DNA of 64,000 bases from Candidatus Poribacteria bacterium (GTDB taxonomy: Bacteria; Poribacteria; WGA-4E; PCPOR2b). This document shows positions 8,739-18,891 of this stretch, in pieces. Each line of letters starts with the position of its first letter. Positions within the stretch are counted from its first letter, which is position 1. The stretch spans positions 1,920,001 through 1,984,000 of the forward strand of contig OZ220744.1 of NCBI GenBank assembly GCA_965116925.1. Direction: 5' to 3'. The position numbers were made by a program, and so were the translations under genes. The notes beneath the pieces were generated by a model. The model was given only the letters and a program-made list of their open reading frames with translations, ran no database searches and was not told where the DNA came from.

Positions 8739-9767
8739 CTATTGACTTGCCTCTGCCATTGTGATCCATTCGGTTTCTGGGGTTGTCGGTATCAAGCGAT
8801 AAAGTAACTTTGCTTCAATCTGTTCTGTATCGTTGATGATATACACAAACGCTCGCGTTTCACCCGGTGATATTCGTTTGGTTTCGGGTTTTTCCGATGC
8901 GGCCGAGATGAAAGTTTGCTCATGGCGACTCACTGTTCCGGTGGCGTCGGAGATTTTCACGTCGAGGATAATCGCGCGTAAGGCTTCACCCGGGAGCAGA
9001 TGTCCCGCCTTATTGGTCAGGTGAATCGTCGCTTTGCCCTCTGCACGGACGATTTTCAGATTTGCGGCACTCTTGAGTTTACTAACACTACGACTTCCCG
9101 CCCATGTGTGCCGCCGGATCGTAACAGTCTCGTAGCTATGGACGCTTAGCGTCCGTTTGACGGCGGGCATGTGGCAGGAAGCACAGTTCAGTCCCTTTTC
9201 TGCTGCGGGACTGTTTCTGAAGCTAGCGACCTGATTATGTTCAGGCACACTCGGTTGACCGTGGCAAGTCGCGCACAGTTCTGTCGGCTTGGCGTGAGCC
9301 TCGGAAGTCACGTTCGCGTGGTACATCGGATTGGTGCTCTTGTGCGGTCCGTGCATTGCACCGTGTGCGTCGATATGGCATACGATACAAGAGACACCGT
9401 ACTCCCGATCTTCCGCTCGTAGTTTCGGCATTTTGCCGATACCGGTGATTAAAATCGGTTCGGGGGCGTGGCACGGATCACACTTCTTCTCCCGATCTTC
9501 GACCTGACTCGCAGCTTCTTGGTAGATTGGATCCTCCCACGCTTTTGCGTGCATTGACCTCTCCCACTCGCGCCAGATTGCCGGGTGACATCGCTTGCAC
9601 ATCTTTTTCTGTGTAAAATCTCGGTAGATGTCATCGTAGCCGAGATAGCTAGGCTCGAAGATTGAGTCATCTTCCGTTTCGTCAGCAGTCTCTACTTGTG
9701 CACAGAACATTATGAGTGCGAGGAGTAGACAGATCAGTGCTATTCGTATAGTTAAAGCTGATATCAT
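8739..9767 (-). CDS. Multiheme (five CxxCH) c-type cytochrome, c554/c'-like
   Basis: CKRCH, CDPCH, CIVCH, CATCH, CASCH. Signal peptide after ATG 9767, which overlaps the hemY stop (ATGA). Confidence 0.9.
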   Translation of the reverse strand: MISALTIRIALICLLLALIMFCAQVETADETEDDSIFEPSYLGYDDIYRDFTQKKMCKRCHPAIWREWERSMHAKAWEDPIYQEAASQVEDREKKCDPCHAPEPILITGIGKMPKLRAEDREYGVSCIVCHIDAHGAMHGPHKSTNPMYHANVTSEAHAKPTELCATCHGQPSVPEHNQVASFRNSPAAEKGLNCASCHMPAVKRTLSVHSYETVTIRRHTWAGSRSVSKLKSAANLKIVRAEGKATIHLTNKAGHLLPGEALRAIILDVKISDATGTVSRHEQTFISAASEKPETKRISPGETRAFVYIINDTEQIEAKLLYRLIPTTPETEWITMAEASQ

Positions 9768-11209
9768 TTTGGTCCTTGTTCCAGAAGAAGGGATGCTGCT
9801 TGCTCCCCGCTGTTGATGCAATCGGGGATACCGATTCCGCGATAGGCGTTTCCGGCGAGTGCAAAGCCGGGTAGTTTTTTTGTCTGCGCCTCGATTTCCT
9901 CCACCAGATCCAGATGCCCCAGATGGTATTGCGCCATTGCGTTCGGGTGTTTGTACACGAGAACCAACTGCGGATCCCCTTTGAGTCCTAGCAGTTCGTG
10001 CAGTTCTGTGAGCACCGATTCGACCATCTCCGATTCCGAGCGGTTGAAATACACCTCTCCCTTGCTTCCCGCTCCGCCCACATATGCCCGTAACAGCGCG
10101 TAATCCTCTGGTGCCCGTCCCGCAAGTTTGACGCTGCTAAATGTGCATCCGATAATCGAGCGTTCCTCAACCGCAGGTACAACAAAACCCGCTCCGTTGA
10201 GGGGGTGTTCAATATCCGTGCGACGGAAAGCGAGATTAACAATGGCGGAGGAGGCGTAGGGAATAGAAGCGAGGGATTCCGACAAACTTGGAGCGATTTT
10301 TTTTACCAAACCCGCTGCACCGTATGCTGGGAGGGCAACGCAGACCAGATCACTCTCCACCCCTTCCCCATTCGCGAGGTGGACGTTCCATTTTCCCGTC
10401 TGATCTTGGTAATCCAGAGAATTGACTTTCGTTCCAAGTTGTATGCAATCGTCGGGCAGACGCTCGGCAAGGGTATCGGTCAGGGTCTGCATCCCATCTT
10501 TGAAAGAGAGGAACAAGCTGTAGCGGGCACCGCTTGTTCCGCTAGCTCCACCTTGGGATTCTTTCTTGCGTGCCACTAAGGCTTTGATAATGCTGCCGTG
10601 CTTCTTCTCCATCTCAAGGAATTGTGGCATCGTGGCTTTGAGGCTTAGGTCTTTTCCGTCTGCGGTGTAGATGCCGCCTATCATCGGTTGTGCTATCCGC
10701 GTGAACGCTTCCTTTCCTAACCGACGTGTGATGAAACCTTCTAACGATTCATCGTCGTCGCTTCGTCGGCGGGGTATGACCCAATCTAAGCCCATCCGCA
10801 GTTTCCCGCCCCAACTGAAGATTGGGGTCTTGACAAAGGGCATAAAGGAAGCGGGTGCCATCAGGTAGAAGCCATCAGGTACAGGGTACAGCTTGCCTTT
10901 GCGTAGGACGAAGCTGCGTCGTTCCCTCGAATTCGTGCTAAGAAACTGATCTGCGATGCCCAACTCTTCGGACAGGGCTTTTGCCCACGGTTTTGTGGAG
11001 ATGAAAACGTCGGGACCGTGTTCGATGACAAAGCCGTCCTGTTTGGACGTGTGAATTGCGCCCCCGACACGATCTCCTGCTTCGAGCAATTTCACATCAA
11101 GGGGAATGTTACGCTTGGCTGATTCAGTTACCAAGCGGTAGCATGTCGTCAGCCCGGCGATACCACCACCGATGACGATAGCCTGTTTGCGGTTTGAATT
11201 GTTTGACAT
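9764..11209 (-). CDS. hemY: Protoporphyrinogen/coproporphyrinogen oxidase (HemY type)
   Basis: GGGIAGL FAD motif, EHGPDVF, GGIYTAD, C-terminal AGNAYRGIGIPDCI. Confidence 0.92.
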   Translation of the reverse strand: MSNNSNRKQAIVIGGGIAGLTTCYRLVTESAKRNIPLDVKLLEAGDRVGGAIHTSKQDGFVIEHGPDVFISTKPWAKALSEELGIADQFLSTNSRERRSFVLRKGKLYPVPDGFYLMAPASFMPFVKTPIFSWGGKLRMGLDWVIPRRRSDDDESLEGFITRRLGKEAFTRIAQPMIGGIYTADGKDLSLKATMPQFLEMEKKHGSIIKALVARKKESQGGASGTSGARYSLFLSFKDGMQTLTDTLAERLPDDCIQLGTKVNSLDYQDQTGKWNVHLANGEGVESDLVCVALPAYGAAGLVKKIAPSLSESLASIPYASSAIVNLAFRRTDIEHPLNGAGFVVPAVEERSIIGCTFSSVKLAGRAPEDYALLRAYVGGAGSKGEVYFNRSESEMVESVLTELHELLGLKGDPQLVLVYKHPNAMAQYHLGHLDLVEEIEAQTKKLPGFALAGNAYRGIGIPDCINSGEQAASLLLEQGPK

Positions 11210-11212
11210 TTC

Positions 11213-12949
11213 CTACCATCCAATTGCATAAGATGTGGATCTTGGATCCGCTCCACCGGCACGGACGCCGGTATCGGGATCGACGGTGATAGCGCAGACA
11301 CAACTGACCGATCCCCAGTCCTGATTATCGTGGACGATATGCCCGCGTTCTCTTAAAACCTCTCGCACTTGTGGATCAACACGCGCTTCAACGGTCACCT
11401 CACCCGGCTGAATGCCGTGGGGCCAGAAGGAGTTGGGGAAACTATGTGTGATAGCGCGGGGTGCCTCGATAGCCTCCTGGGGCTCCATCCCGAATTCAAC
11501 GATATTGAGGAAGACCTGTAGCATCCCCTGAACCTGTGCATCGCCGCCGGGGCAGCCGAAAGGCATGAACGGTTTTCCATCTTTGAGACTTAGCGCAGGG
11601 TTCGGCGTGAGGCGTGGACGTTTCCACGGCTGCAGACAACAGGGGTGGTTTGGGTCGAGCCACGTCTGTGTGCCGCGCGACGAGATTGGGAAGCCCAAGC
11701 CCGGAACGACCGGCGTCCCCCCAACGCCATCCGACGGTGTCGCTGAAAAAGCGTTGCCGGCTTCATCAACCACGCAGATGTAACTGGTATCTGTCTCCCA
11801 TTCCGATGTGTATTCAGGTTGGGGACGATCTGGATTCAAGGCTGGGAACGGACCATTTTCACGACGGGGTTCGGGATGGAATTGCCACGGATTGCCGGGA
11901 GCCGGCATATCGGGTGCGGCGTGCTGTGGGTCAATAGCTGCGCGTCGTTCGGCGGCATATCTTCCATCTAACAATCCTGCCATCGGCACCTGTACAAAAT
12001 CGGGGTCGCCGAAGTATGCGTGGCGATCCGCGAAGGCGAGTTTGAGAGATTCAACCACGGTGTGGAGATAGTCTGCGGTGTTGTGTCCAACCTCCTTTAG
12101 GTCAAAACCTTCGACGATCTTCAGTGCCATGTTTAGCGTGGGGCCTTGACACCATGGACCGCAGGTGTAAACGTCATAGCCTCTGTAGGTGATATGCTCC
12201 GGCGGCTCGACGCGCACTGAAAACGCTGCCAGATCTTCGTAGGTCAGCAGACCGCCCTCCGCTCGATAGAAATCGGCGATTTCGTGGGCGATTTCACCCT
12301 TATAGATTAGGTCGCGTGCTGCACGGATGCCGGCGTGGCGGTCTCCACTACCTTTGCGCTCGGCTTCGATCATCCGCTTGAAGGTTTCCGCGAGATCTTT
12401 CTGGACGAAGATCTCTCCAATTTGTGGCACATGCCCACCCGGGTTGTAGGATGCGGCGGTTGTGGGGCAATTTTTCACGCCGTCTCCGCTCACCAATCCG
12501 TAAAACTGATCATCCACAGGTCTCCCGTTTTCGACGAGGTCTAGGGCGGGTTGGATGACCTCTTCAAATGTCATTGTGCCGAATCGCGCAAGTGCCGTCA
12601 GCCATCCATCGGGGGCAGCGGGCATGACCGTCCGCAGAATCCCAGCCGGCAGATCGCCATCGTGATGTTCATGGAAGTAGTCCATCGTCGCAGCACGGGG
12701 CCACCGTCCAAGTCCGCTAACCGTTTCAACGGGTTCGCCTGACGCGGGACAATAGATAATGGGTGCAACGCCCCCAAAATGTGCGGATCCGGGCTGCAGG
12801 ACATTGATACAGATTCCGGTTGCGACACCGGCGTCGGCGGCGTTGCCTCCACTTTCGAGGATGCGAACCCCCGCCATCGTTGCGAGATAGTGAAGCGATG
12901 AGACAAGATAACGTTTTCCTCGGAATGAGGGGCGATGACTGTTTGGCAT
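11213..12949 (-). CDS. ggt: Gamma-glutamyltransferase family protein
   Basis: GGNAADA, KLAFADR, Thr nucleophile region ETDTSY, KRPRLT, GGDAQVQ, GGADPR. Confidence 0.88.
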   Translation of the reverse strand: MPNSHRPSFRGKRYLVSSLHYLATMAGVRILESGGNAADAGVATGICINVLQPGSAHFGGVAPIIYCPASGEPVETVSGLGRWPRAATMDYFHEHHDGDLPAGILRTVMPAAPDGWLTALARFGTMTFEEVIQPALDLVENGRPVDDQFYGLVSGDGVKNCPTTAASYNPGGHVPQIGEIFVQKDLAETFKRMIEAERKGSGDRHAGIRAARDLIYKGEIAHEIADFYRAEGGLLTYEDLAAFSVRVEPPEHITYRGYDVYTCGPWCQGPTLNMALKIVEGFDLKEVGHNTADYLHTVVESLKLAFADRHAYFGDPDFVQVPMAGLLDGRYAAERRAAIDPQHAAPDMPAPGNPWQFHPEPRRENGPFPALNPDRPQPEYTSEWETDTSYICVVDEAGNAFSATPSDGVGGTPVVPGLGFPISSRGTQTWLDPNHPCCLQPWKRPRLTPNPALSLKDGKPFMPFGCPGGDAQVQGMLQVFLNIVEFGMEPQEAIEAPRAITHSFPNSFWPHGIQPGEVTVEARVDPQVREVLRERGHIVHDNQDWGSVSCVCAITVDPDTGVRAGGADPRSTSYAIGW

Positions 12950-13007
12950 GGGTGTTTCTCCTCTCTTAAGAAATCAGAAATTTTTACGATAAGCGTATAA
13001 AACCAAT

Positions 13008-13250
13008 GGTGCTAGTTTGCAGCTGTTGATAACGTGAAACGTGATGTGTGAAACGTAAAAATCATGGATTCAGCGGTTCATTTAGCCCCAGAGGGGCGAC
13101 ATGTCTATAGCACACAGATAAACAAATATCCTAAAGCCCCAGCGGGGCGACATGTGTATCCAAAGGGTGGAATATAAGAAGAGCGACAACCAATTAATGA
13201 ACCAATGAACTTTTGAACAATATAAAAAACTTTCTCACTAAACTAGCACC
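13008..13250. mobile_element. MITE E (IS1-like ends) with a nested element and direct-repeat hairpins
   Basis: TIR GGTGCTAGTTT / AAACTAGCACC. Inner IR GGTTCATTTA (13075) / TTAATGAACC (13203) encloses two AGCCCCAG(A/C)GGGGCGACATGT repeats (13084, 13135). ACGTGAA heptamers at 13031-13058. Confidence 0.75.
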
Positions 13251-13323
13251 AAAAGTTATAAAATCAAACGCATAAACGCAACAGCGCGAAGATGCAAGGG
13301 TTTGATGAGTTTCTTAGGTTAAA

Positions 13324-14310
13324 TTAGGCGTCTGGAACTTCCCAATCTAGTAGCACCCCCAACGCTTCGTTCATTCGGGTGTAGAGCAGGTCAAATGCAG
13401 CGGCGGCTTCGGTATAAGGGAAACGGTGGGTTGTCATTTTCTCTGTCTGGATAGCACCGGAACCGAGTAGCTGCATCGCTCGCAGCGCGACGCCAGCGGG
13501 AACGACTTGACCATAATAGCCGCCCAGCAGTTTCCGCCGCTGAATCTTACTCGACATGAGCGGCAACGGTTGATGTTCATATAAGCCGATCAGATGTAGC
13601 AGCCCACCGACCGCTAGCATATCCAAGCCTTGATCGAAGGCTTTCGGTCCTGCGGGACCACCGACAGCATACGCTACTATGTTCGCGCCGACCCCGTTGG
13701 TGAGCTTCCGAACGGCTCGGACGGGATCTTCGTCACTAGCATTGATAACCGCGTCTGCACCTAATTCCTCAGAGAGCGCACATCGGCTATCAAGCGCGTC
13801 CACCGTGATGATACGTCCACGTCCGTTGGCTTTTGCAACCTGCATCAGGAGGCTGCCGACCAGCCCCTGTCCGATGATGACAACTGTATCATACGGCTGG
13901 ATGTCCTCTATATCTACCCAAGACACTGCCCCGGAGGTCAACGGATAGTAGGGGGCTTGGTCGAAATTCACAGACGGCAGCATGGGAACGACTTGTGCCT
14001 GATCTTGGGGTGAACTCAAACGGACGGGACGGACGGTGTATTGTGCGTGCGGTGCTGAAGCGACAACCCGGTCGCCGACGTTGTAGTGGTCGACTCCTTC
14101 ACCGACGGCGTCAACGATTCCTGCGAGTGAATATCCCATGCTTTCAGGGTTGACCGCATATTCGCGGGTATACCGTCCTCCCATCTCTGAACCGCGACTG
14201 ATAAGACTCCGCACCGCTTTGACGCGGACCTCGCCGGGCCCGGGTTCAGGCATAGGCGCGTCTTCGATAACAACGTTAAATTTCCCTTCTGGCTTGGCGA
14301 CTCGTTTCAT
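13324..14310 (-). CDS. Medium-chain (MDR) alcohol dehydrogenase-like oxidoreductase, apparently without Zn-ligand Cys
   Basis: SLISRGSE, GYSLAGIV, Rossmann GQGLVG. Confidence 0.85.
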   Translation of the reverse strand: MKRVAKPEGKFNVVIEDAPMPEPGPGEVRVKAVRSLISRGSEMGGRYTREYAVNPESMGYSLAGIVDAVGEGVDHYNVGDRVVASAPHAQYTVRPVRLSSPQDQAQVVPMLPSVNFDQAPYYPLTSGAVSWVDIEDIQPYDTVVIIGQGLVGSLLMQVAKANGRGRIITVDALDSRCALSEELGADAVINASDEDPVRAVRKLTNGVGANIVAYAVGGPAGPKAFDQGLDMLAVGGLLHLIGLYEHQPLPLMSSKIQRRKLLGGYYGQVVPAGVALRAMQLLGSGAIQTEKMTTHRFPYTEAAAAFDLLYTRMNEALGVLLDWEVPDA

Positions 14311-14347
14311 TCACCCTTCCTTTCTACGCCGCGTTGGCGTTTGGTCA

Positions 14348-15796
14348 TTAGTCCTCGGTTGTTGACTTCCATTCACGCACCCGACGTTGGGCTTCGGCAA
14401 TTTGGGTGGGGGTCATCTTTTCGGCTATTCTATCACGTTCTTCGTGGGCTGCTTCCATACCTTGTCGCCCCGCGAGATGATACCACATATACGCCATGAC
14501 ATGGTTTTGGACAACACCCCGGCCCTGTTCATACATCACACCAAGTTGAAGCTGTGCGATTATATAATCTTGCTGTGCGGCTTTTTGAAACCATTTGAGT
14601 GCTTCCTCATAATCTTGGGGGACACCCTTTCCATGTTGATACATCCCACCGAGATTAAATTGAGCGATGGCATCGCCTTGTTCAACAGCTTTACGGAACC
14701 ATTTGAGTGCTTCCGCATAGTCTTGAACAACGATTTCGCCCATAAGATACATTGTGCCGAGGTTATTCTGGGCACCGATATTTCCAGCCTCAGCAGCTTT
14801 TAGGAACCATTTGAGTGCTTCCTCGTTGTTCCGAAGGACGCCTTCACCTGTATAATATATCGCACCAAGTCGGAGTTGGGCTTTGGCGTGACTACCTTCG
14901 GCGGCTTTGTGATACCACTTGCGTGCTTCCGCATTGTCCCGTACGACACCTTCACCCCTTTCGTGCATTCCTGCAAGTCGGAACTGAGCTTCGACATGAC
15001 CATCTTCTGCAGCGCTGCGATACCACTTGGCGGCTTCCCTATAGTTCCGGAAAACACCGTCACCCCTTGCATACATCCCGCCAACTCGGAACTGGGCTTC
15101 CGTATCGCCCTGTTCAGCAGCCCTCCGATACCACTGAATCGCTGTCCTATAATCCCGCACAACGCCTTCACCCCTGGCATACACTGTGCCAAGGTGAAAC
15201 TGAGCATCGACATTCCCTTGTTCAGCGGCTGTTCGATACCACTTGAGAGCTTCTTTGTCGTTTTCAATTACTCCCTCACCCCTGCTGTACATCCCGGCGA
15301 GTAGAAACTGGGATTCGGCGTGGCCTTGTTCAGCAGCTTTATGATACCACTTGGCGGCTTCCTCATAGTCCGGAGCGATGTCCGAGCCTTCTGTTGAATA
15401 CATTGAAGCGAGAAGAAACTGTGCCATGAACTCTCCCTGTTCGGCGGTTTTGCGAAACCATTTAACCGCTTCCTTATGGTCTCGGGAGACGCTTTCACCT
15501 TCGGCATACATTATGCCAAGACGCAACCCAGCGATGGCAGAGCCGCGTTCAACTGCTTTCTGATACCATTCAATTGCTACTGCATAATCCTGAGGGACCC
15601 CCTCACCCTTGAAGTACATCTCTCCAAGACGGAATTGGGCGTTGGAGTCACCCTTTTGGGCGAGTGGTTGCCATTCCTCTAATGCGGTTTTATAATCCTT
15701 TCGTTTATAGGCGTCTAGCCCTGCCTGAAAGTCTGCCCACACAGACGCAGCGGTGAGTAGGCATATCAGCAGAGTGGGGAAGGTGGCTCGCAGCAT
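14348..15796 (-). CDS. Secreted Sel1-like repeat protein (about 11 repeats)
   Basis: Signal peptide, ADFQAGLDAY, repeated AQFxLGxMYxxGEGV..WYxKAAEQG. Confidence 0.95.
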   Translation of the reverse strand: MLRATFPTLLICLLTAASVWADFQAGLDAYKRKDYKTALEEWQPLAQKGDSNAQFRLGEMYFKGEGVPQDYAVAIEWYQKAVERGSAIAGLRLGIMYAEGESVSRDHKEAVKWFRKTAEQGEFMAQFLLASMYSTEGSDIAPDYEEAAKWYHKAAEQGHAESQFLLAGMYSRGEGVIENDKEALKWYRTAAEQGNVDAQFHLGTVYARGEGVVRDYRTAIQWYRRAAEQGDTEAQFRVGGMYARGDGVFRNYREAAKWYRSAAEDGHVEAQFRLAGMHERGEGVVRDNAEARKWYHKAAEGSHAKAQLRLGAIYYTGEGVLRNNEEALKWFLKAAEAGNIGAQNNLGTMYLMGEIVVQDYAEALKWFRKAVEQGDAIAQFNLGGMYQHGKGVPQDYEEALKWFQKAAQQDYIIAQLQLGVMYEQGRGVVQNHVMAYMWYHLAGRQGMEAAHEERDRIAEKMTPTQIAEAQRRVREWKSTTED

Positions 15797-15872
15797 AATA
15801 GACCTCCTTGCTTTTGTTGATATAGTTGATGGCTATACTGAACCCTTGTGTTGAGCAGATTGTCGTTCTCTG

Positions 15873-17420
15873 TCACTTCGCGTCCTCCACGCGCTGTTTC
15901 CATTCACGCGCCAGATGCTGGGCTTCGGCAATTTGGGTGGGGGTCATCTTTTCGGCTATTCTATCCCGGTATTCCCGAGCTTTCTCGTCACCGTGTATCC
16001 CAGCGAGATTATACCATAAGTGGGCAGTAATATAGTCCTGAGGTACGCCTTGGCCGTTTTCATACATCCAACCAAGGTAAAGTTGTGCCGAAGCATGGCA
16101 TTGTGGGACGACGATATGCAACCATCTAGCTGCTTCGCTGTAGTTTTGAGGGATCCCCTCACCCCTGTAATACATCCAGGCAAGCGCATATTGAGCATCG
16201 GCATAGCCCTGTTCAGCAGCCTTGCGAAACCATTTGACTGCCTCACTGTTGTTTTCTGCAACGCCCCTGCCAAAGTTATACTTCATGCCAAGGTGGTACT
16301 GGGCTTTGGGGTAACCTTGTTGGGCAGCTTTACGGAACCATTGGATTGCTTCCTCGCTGTTCCGCGGGACACCCCTGCCATGTTCATATCTCAAACCGAG
16401 TTCAAACTGGGCATCCGCATCGCCGTTTTTTGCTGCTGCGTGATACCATCTGCTCGCCTTCTGGTCATCTTGAGGAATACCCCAACCATATTCATATAGC
16501 TTGGCAAGGCGGAACTGTGCTTTGGCATAGCCGCGATCAGCAGCCGTTCGATACCACTCGATTATCCCCTCAATCCCCTGAGCAACCTCCTCGTAACTGC
16601 GGGGCATCCAGCCAAATTGTTTATACCCGGCTAAGGTATGGAATTGTGGTGAGGCTTTATTGCGCCATTTGATTCTTTCTTTGTCGTCTTGAGGGATACC
16701 CCAACCATATTCATATCTGAGGCTAAGTTCAAACTGGGCAAAGGGATCGCCGTTTTCGGCAGCCCTGTGATACCATCTGACGGCTTCCTTATCGTTCTGC
16801 GGGACACCCCAGCCATATTGATACATCATGCCAAGCGGAAACTGTGCTTGTGGATAGCCGTGTTCGGCGGCTTCTCTGTATAAATTGGTCTTCTCTTCGT
16901 CGTTTTGGAGGATGTCCATGCTGCTGGCAAACATCCGGCTCAGTTTATACCGTGCCAGATCAGAACTTTGTTGAGCGGCTTTGTAGTACCATTTGACTGC
17001 CTCTCCCATGTCTTCAGGAACGCCTCTGCCTTTTTCATACCAGAGTCCCAGAACAAATTGGGCTATGGTATCACCGCGCTCGGCGGCTTCTCTGTATAAT
17101 TTTGCTGCTTTTTCGTCATCTTGAGGAACACCATTGCCCCTTGCATACATCCGCCCAAGATGAAACTGAGCCTTTGGGTCACCGTCCTCGGCAAGCGGTT
17201 GGAATTCCTCTAGGGCGATTGCGTAGTCCCCTTGTTCATAAGCGTCCACACCCGCTTGGTAGTCTGCCCGCGTTAATCCAACGATGAGTAAGTACATTAT
17301 CAGAGCGAACAAGGTAACTTGCAGAATTGGATGGCACACAATTTGCTTAAAACAGTTATAGGATTGGGAACTTTGCACACGCTGCTTCGCAGCCTCAGTT
17401 CTCCACACATTTTCGGTCAT
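15873..17420 (-). CDS. Sel1-like repeat protein
   Basis: Sel1 repeats. Start moved to ATG 17420 (GAGGAAGGGG upstream) because the longer ORF overlaps the divergent gene. Confidence 0.9.
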   Translation of the reverse strand: MTENVWRTEAAKQRVQSSQSYNCFKQIVCHPILQVTLFALIMYLLIVGLTRADYQAGVDAYEQGDYAIALEEFQPLAEDGDPKAQFHLGRMYARGNGVPQDDEKAAKLYREAAERGDTIAQFVLGLWYEKGRGVPEDMGEAVKWYYKAAQQSSDLARYKLSRMFASSMDILQNDEEKTNLYREAAEHGYPQAQFPLGMMYQYGWGVPQNDKEAVRWYHRAAENGDPFAQFELSLRYEYGWGIPQDDKERIKWRNKASPQFHTLAGYKQFGWMPRSYEEVAQGIEGIIEWYRTAADRGYAKAQFRLAKLYEYGWGIPQDDQKASRWYHAAAKNGDADAQFELGLRYEHGRGVPRNSEEAIQWFRKAAQQGYPKAQYHLGMKYNFGRGVAENNSEAVKWFRKAAEQGYADAQYALAWMYYRGEGIPQNYSEAARWLHIVVPQCHASAQLYLGWMYENGQGVPQDYITAHLWYNLAGIHGDEKAREYRDRIAEKMTPTQIAEAQHLAREWKQRVEDAK

Positions 17421-17567
17421 CGTAAATCCCCTTCCTCTTTGATAATAACACAGGCTGACACCGAATAATAGTGTTGGGCAAATTGCCGAAACCTGATACA
17501 ATAAAAATATACCACGACGAATAAGTTGAGTCAATCGAAATATCCAAATCATACAGGAGGGGATTTG

Positions 17568-18725
17568 ATGAAGATTACTGATGTAAAAGCGTTTCCGGTG
17601 CGGGTAGGTGGCACCCAGCTTGTGGTGAAAGTGGAGACCGATGCGGGGATTTATGGGGTGGGTGAGGCTGGTGTACCTAGCCGCGCTCTGGCTGTGGTTG
17701 GGGCGATTCGGCATTATCGTGAATTTTTACTCGGTCAGGACCCGATGCGTATCGGTGCATTGTGGCAGGAGATGTATCGGAGCCAGTATTTTGAGGGTGG
17801 GCGTATCCTCACCGCCGCGATTGCTGCGATTGATATCGCACTGCATGACATTGTGGGTAAAGCGTTGGACGTGCCGGTCTATCAATTGCTTGGTGGGAAA
17901 CAGCGGGATTACGTCCCTTGCTTTGCGACAACGCACGGCCAATCGGCGGAGGAGTTGATAGCGGATGCCAATTTACTGATCGAGAATGGGTGGAATGTAA
18001 TCCGAACATTTGTAGCGCGGGGGTCGCACGCAGCCGATGGCAATATTTACGAGCCGCGAGAGTCAATCGCACTGACCGCGACGTGGTTGGCACAGTTGCG
18101 CGAGGCGATTGGGCCTGAGCCTGTTCTCGGTGTTGACTATCACCACCGTCTCAGTGTTGCGGAAGCGGCTTCTTTCTGTCAGCGGATGCCTCCCGGTACG
18201 CTTGACTTTTTGGAGGAACCGATCCGCGATGAGACACCGGAGGCGTATGAATCATTGCGGACGATGGTCGATGTGCCCTTCGCAATTGGGGAGGAGATCT
18301 CGAACAAGTGGGATTTTCTCCCTTACATTGAGCGGGGGATTACCAATTTCGTCCGCCTTGATGTCTGCAATGTTGGCGGATTGACGGAAGCGATGAAGGT
18401 CGCTAGTATGGCGGAAGTGCACTATATTGACCTCATGCCACATAACCCTTTGGGGACAGTTTGTACTGCAGCGACAATTCACTTGGCGGCGGCGGTGCCC
18501 AACTTTGCGTGGCTGGAGATACGGGAATCGCCGACCGAACGTACGGGCCGTTATGATACGGACCTGTTTCCTGTTCAACCGCAGGCTGAGGGTTCGCGCT
18601 TCCCAGTCCCTGAGTCGCCCGGGCTGGGTGTTGAGTTCAATGAGGAATTGGCACTTGCGAATCCTGCGGAGATTGGGCAGGGCCCCTTCCTCCGCCGACG
18701 CGATGGCTCAATTACCAATGCGTGA
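17568..18725 (+). CDS. Mandelate racemase/muconate lactonizing (enolase superfamily) enzyme, galactonate/mannonate dehydratase-like
   Basis: MKITDVK start after AGGAGG, AIDIALHDIVGK, DYHHR, LEEP, IGEE, PHNPLG. Confidence 0.9.
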   Translation: MKITDVKAFPVRVGGTQLVVKVETDAGIYGVGEAGVPSRALAVVGAIRHYREFLLGQDPMRIGALWQEMYRSQYFEGGRILTAAIAAIDIALHDIVGKALDVPVYQLLGGKQRDYVPCFATTHGQSAEELIADANLLIENGWNVIRTFVARGSHAADGNIYEPRESIALTATWLAQLREAIGPEPVLGVDYHHRLSVAEAASFCQRMPPGTLDFLEEPIRDETPEAYESLRTMVDVPFAIGEEISNKWDFLPYIERGITNFVRLDVCNVGGLTEAMKVASMAEVHYIDLMPHNPLGTVCTAATIHLAAAVPNFAWLEIRESPTERTGRYDTDLFPVQPQAEGSRFPVPESPGLGVEFNEELALANPAEIGQGPFLRRRDGSITNA

Positions 18726-18891
18726 ACTATTGATTCACATAGATTTACCGATTAGGGTGTGATAGAATAACTCAAGTTACCGTCTCTTGCACCGTTGGGG
18801 ATTTGCTACGTGAAACGTGAAGCGTGATTCTATACCAATGGGTTGATATTCTCTATGAATCAATCTACGTTCTCTTAAAGAAAGGATTATC

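Noticed and set aside
8436..8739. Riboswitch, or the 67-aa ORF 8436..8639, upstream of the SBP gene
   Set aside because: No recognisable aptamer consensus. The region is better explained by the 43-aa ORF with a strong SD.
17421..17714. N-terminal extensions of the Sel1 ORF (to 17714) and the enolase-family ORF (from 17526)
   Set aside because: They overlap head to head. SD-supported starts at 17420 and 17568 leave a normal divergent intergenic region.
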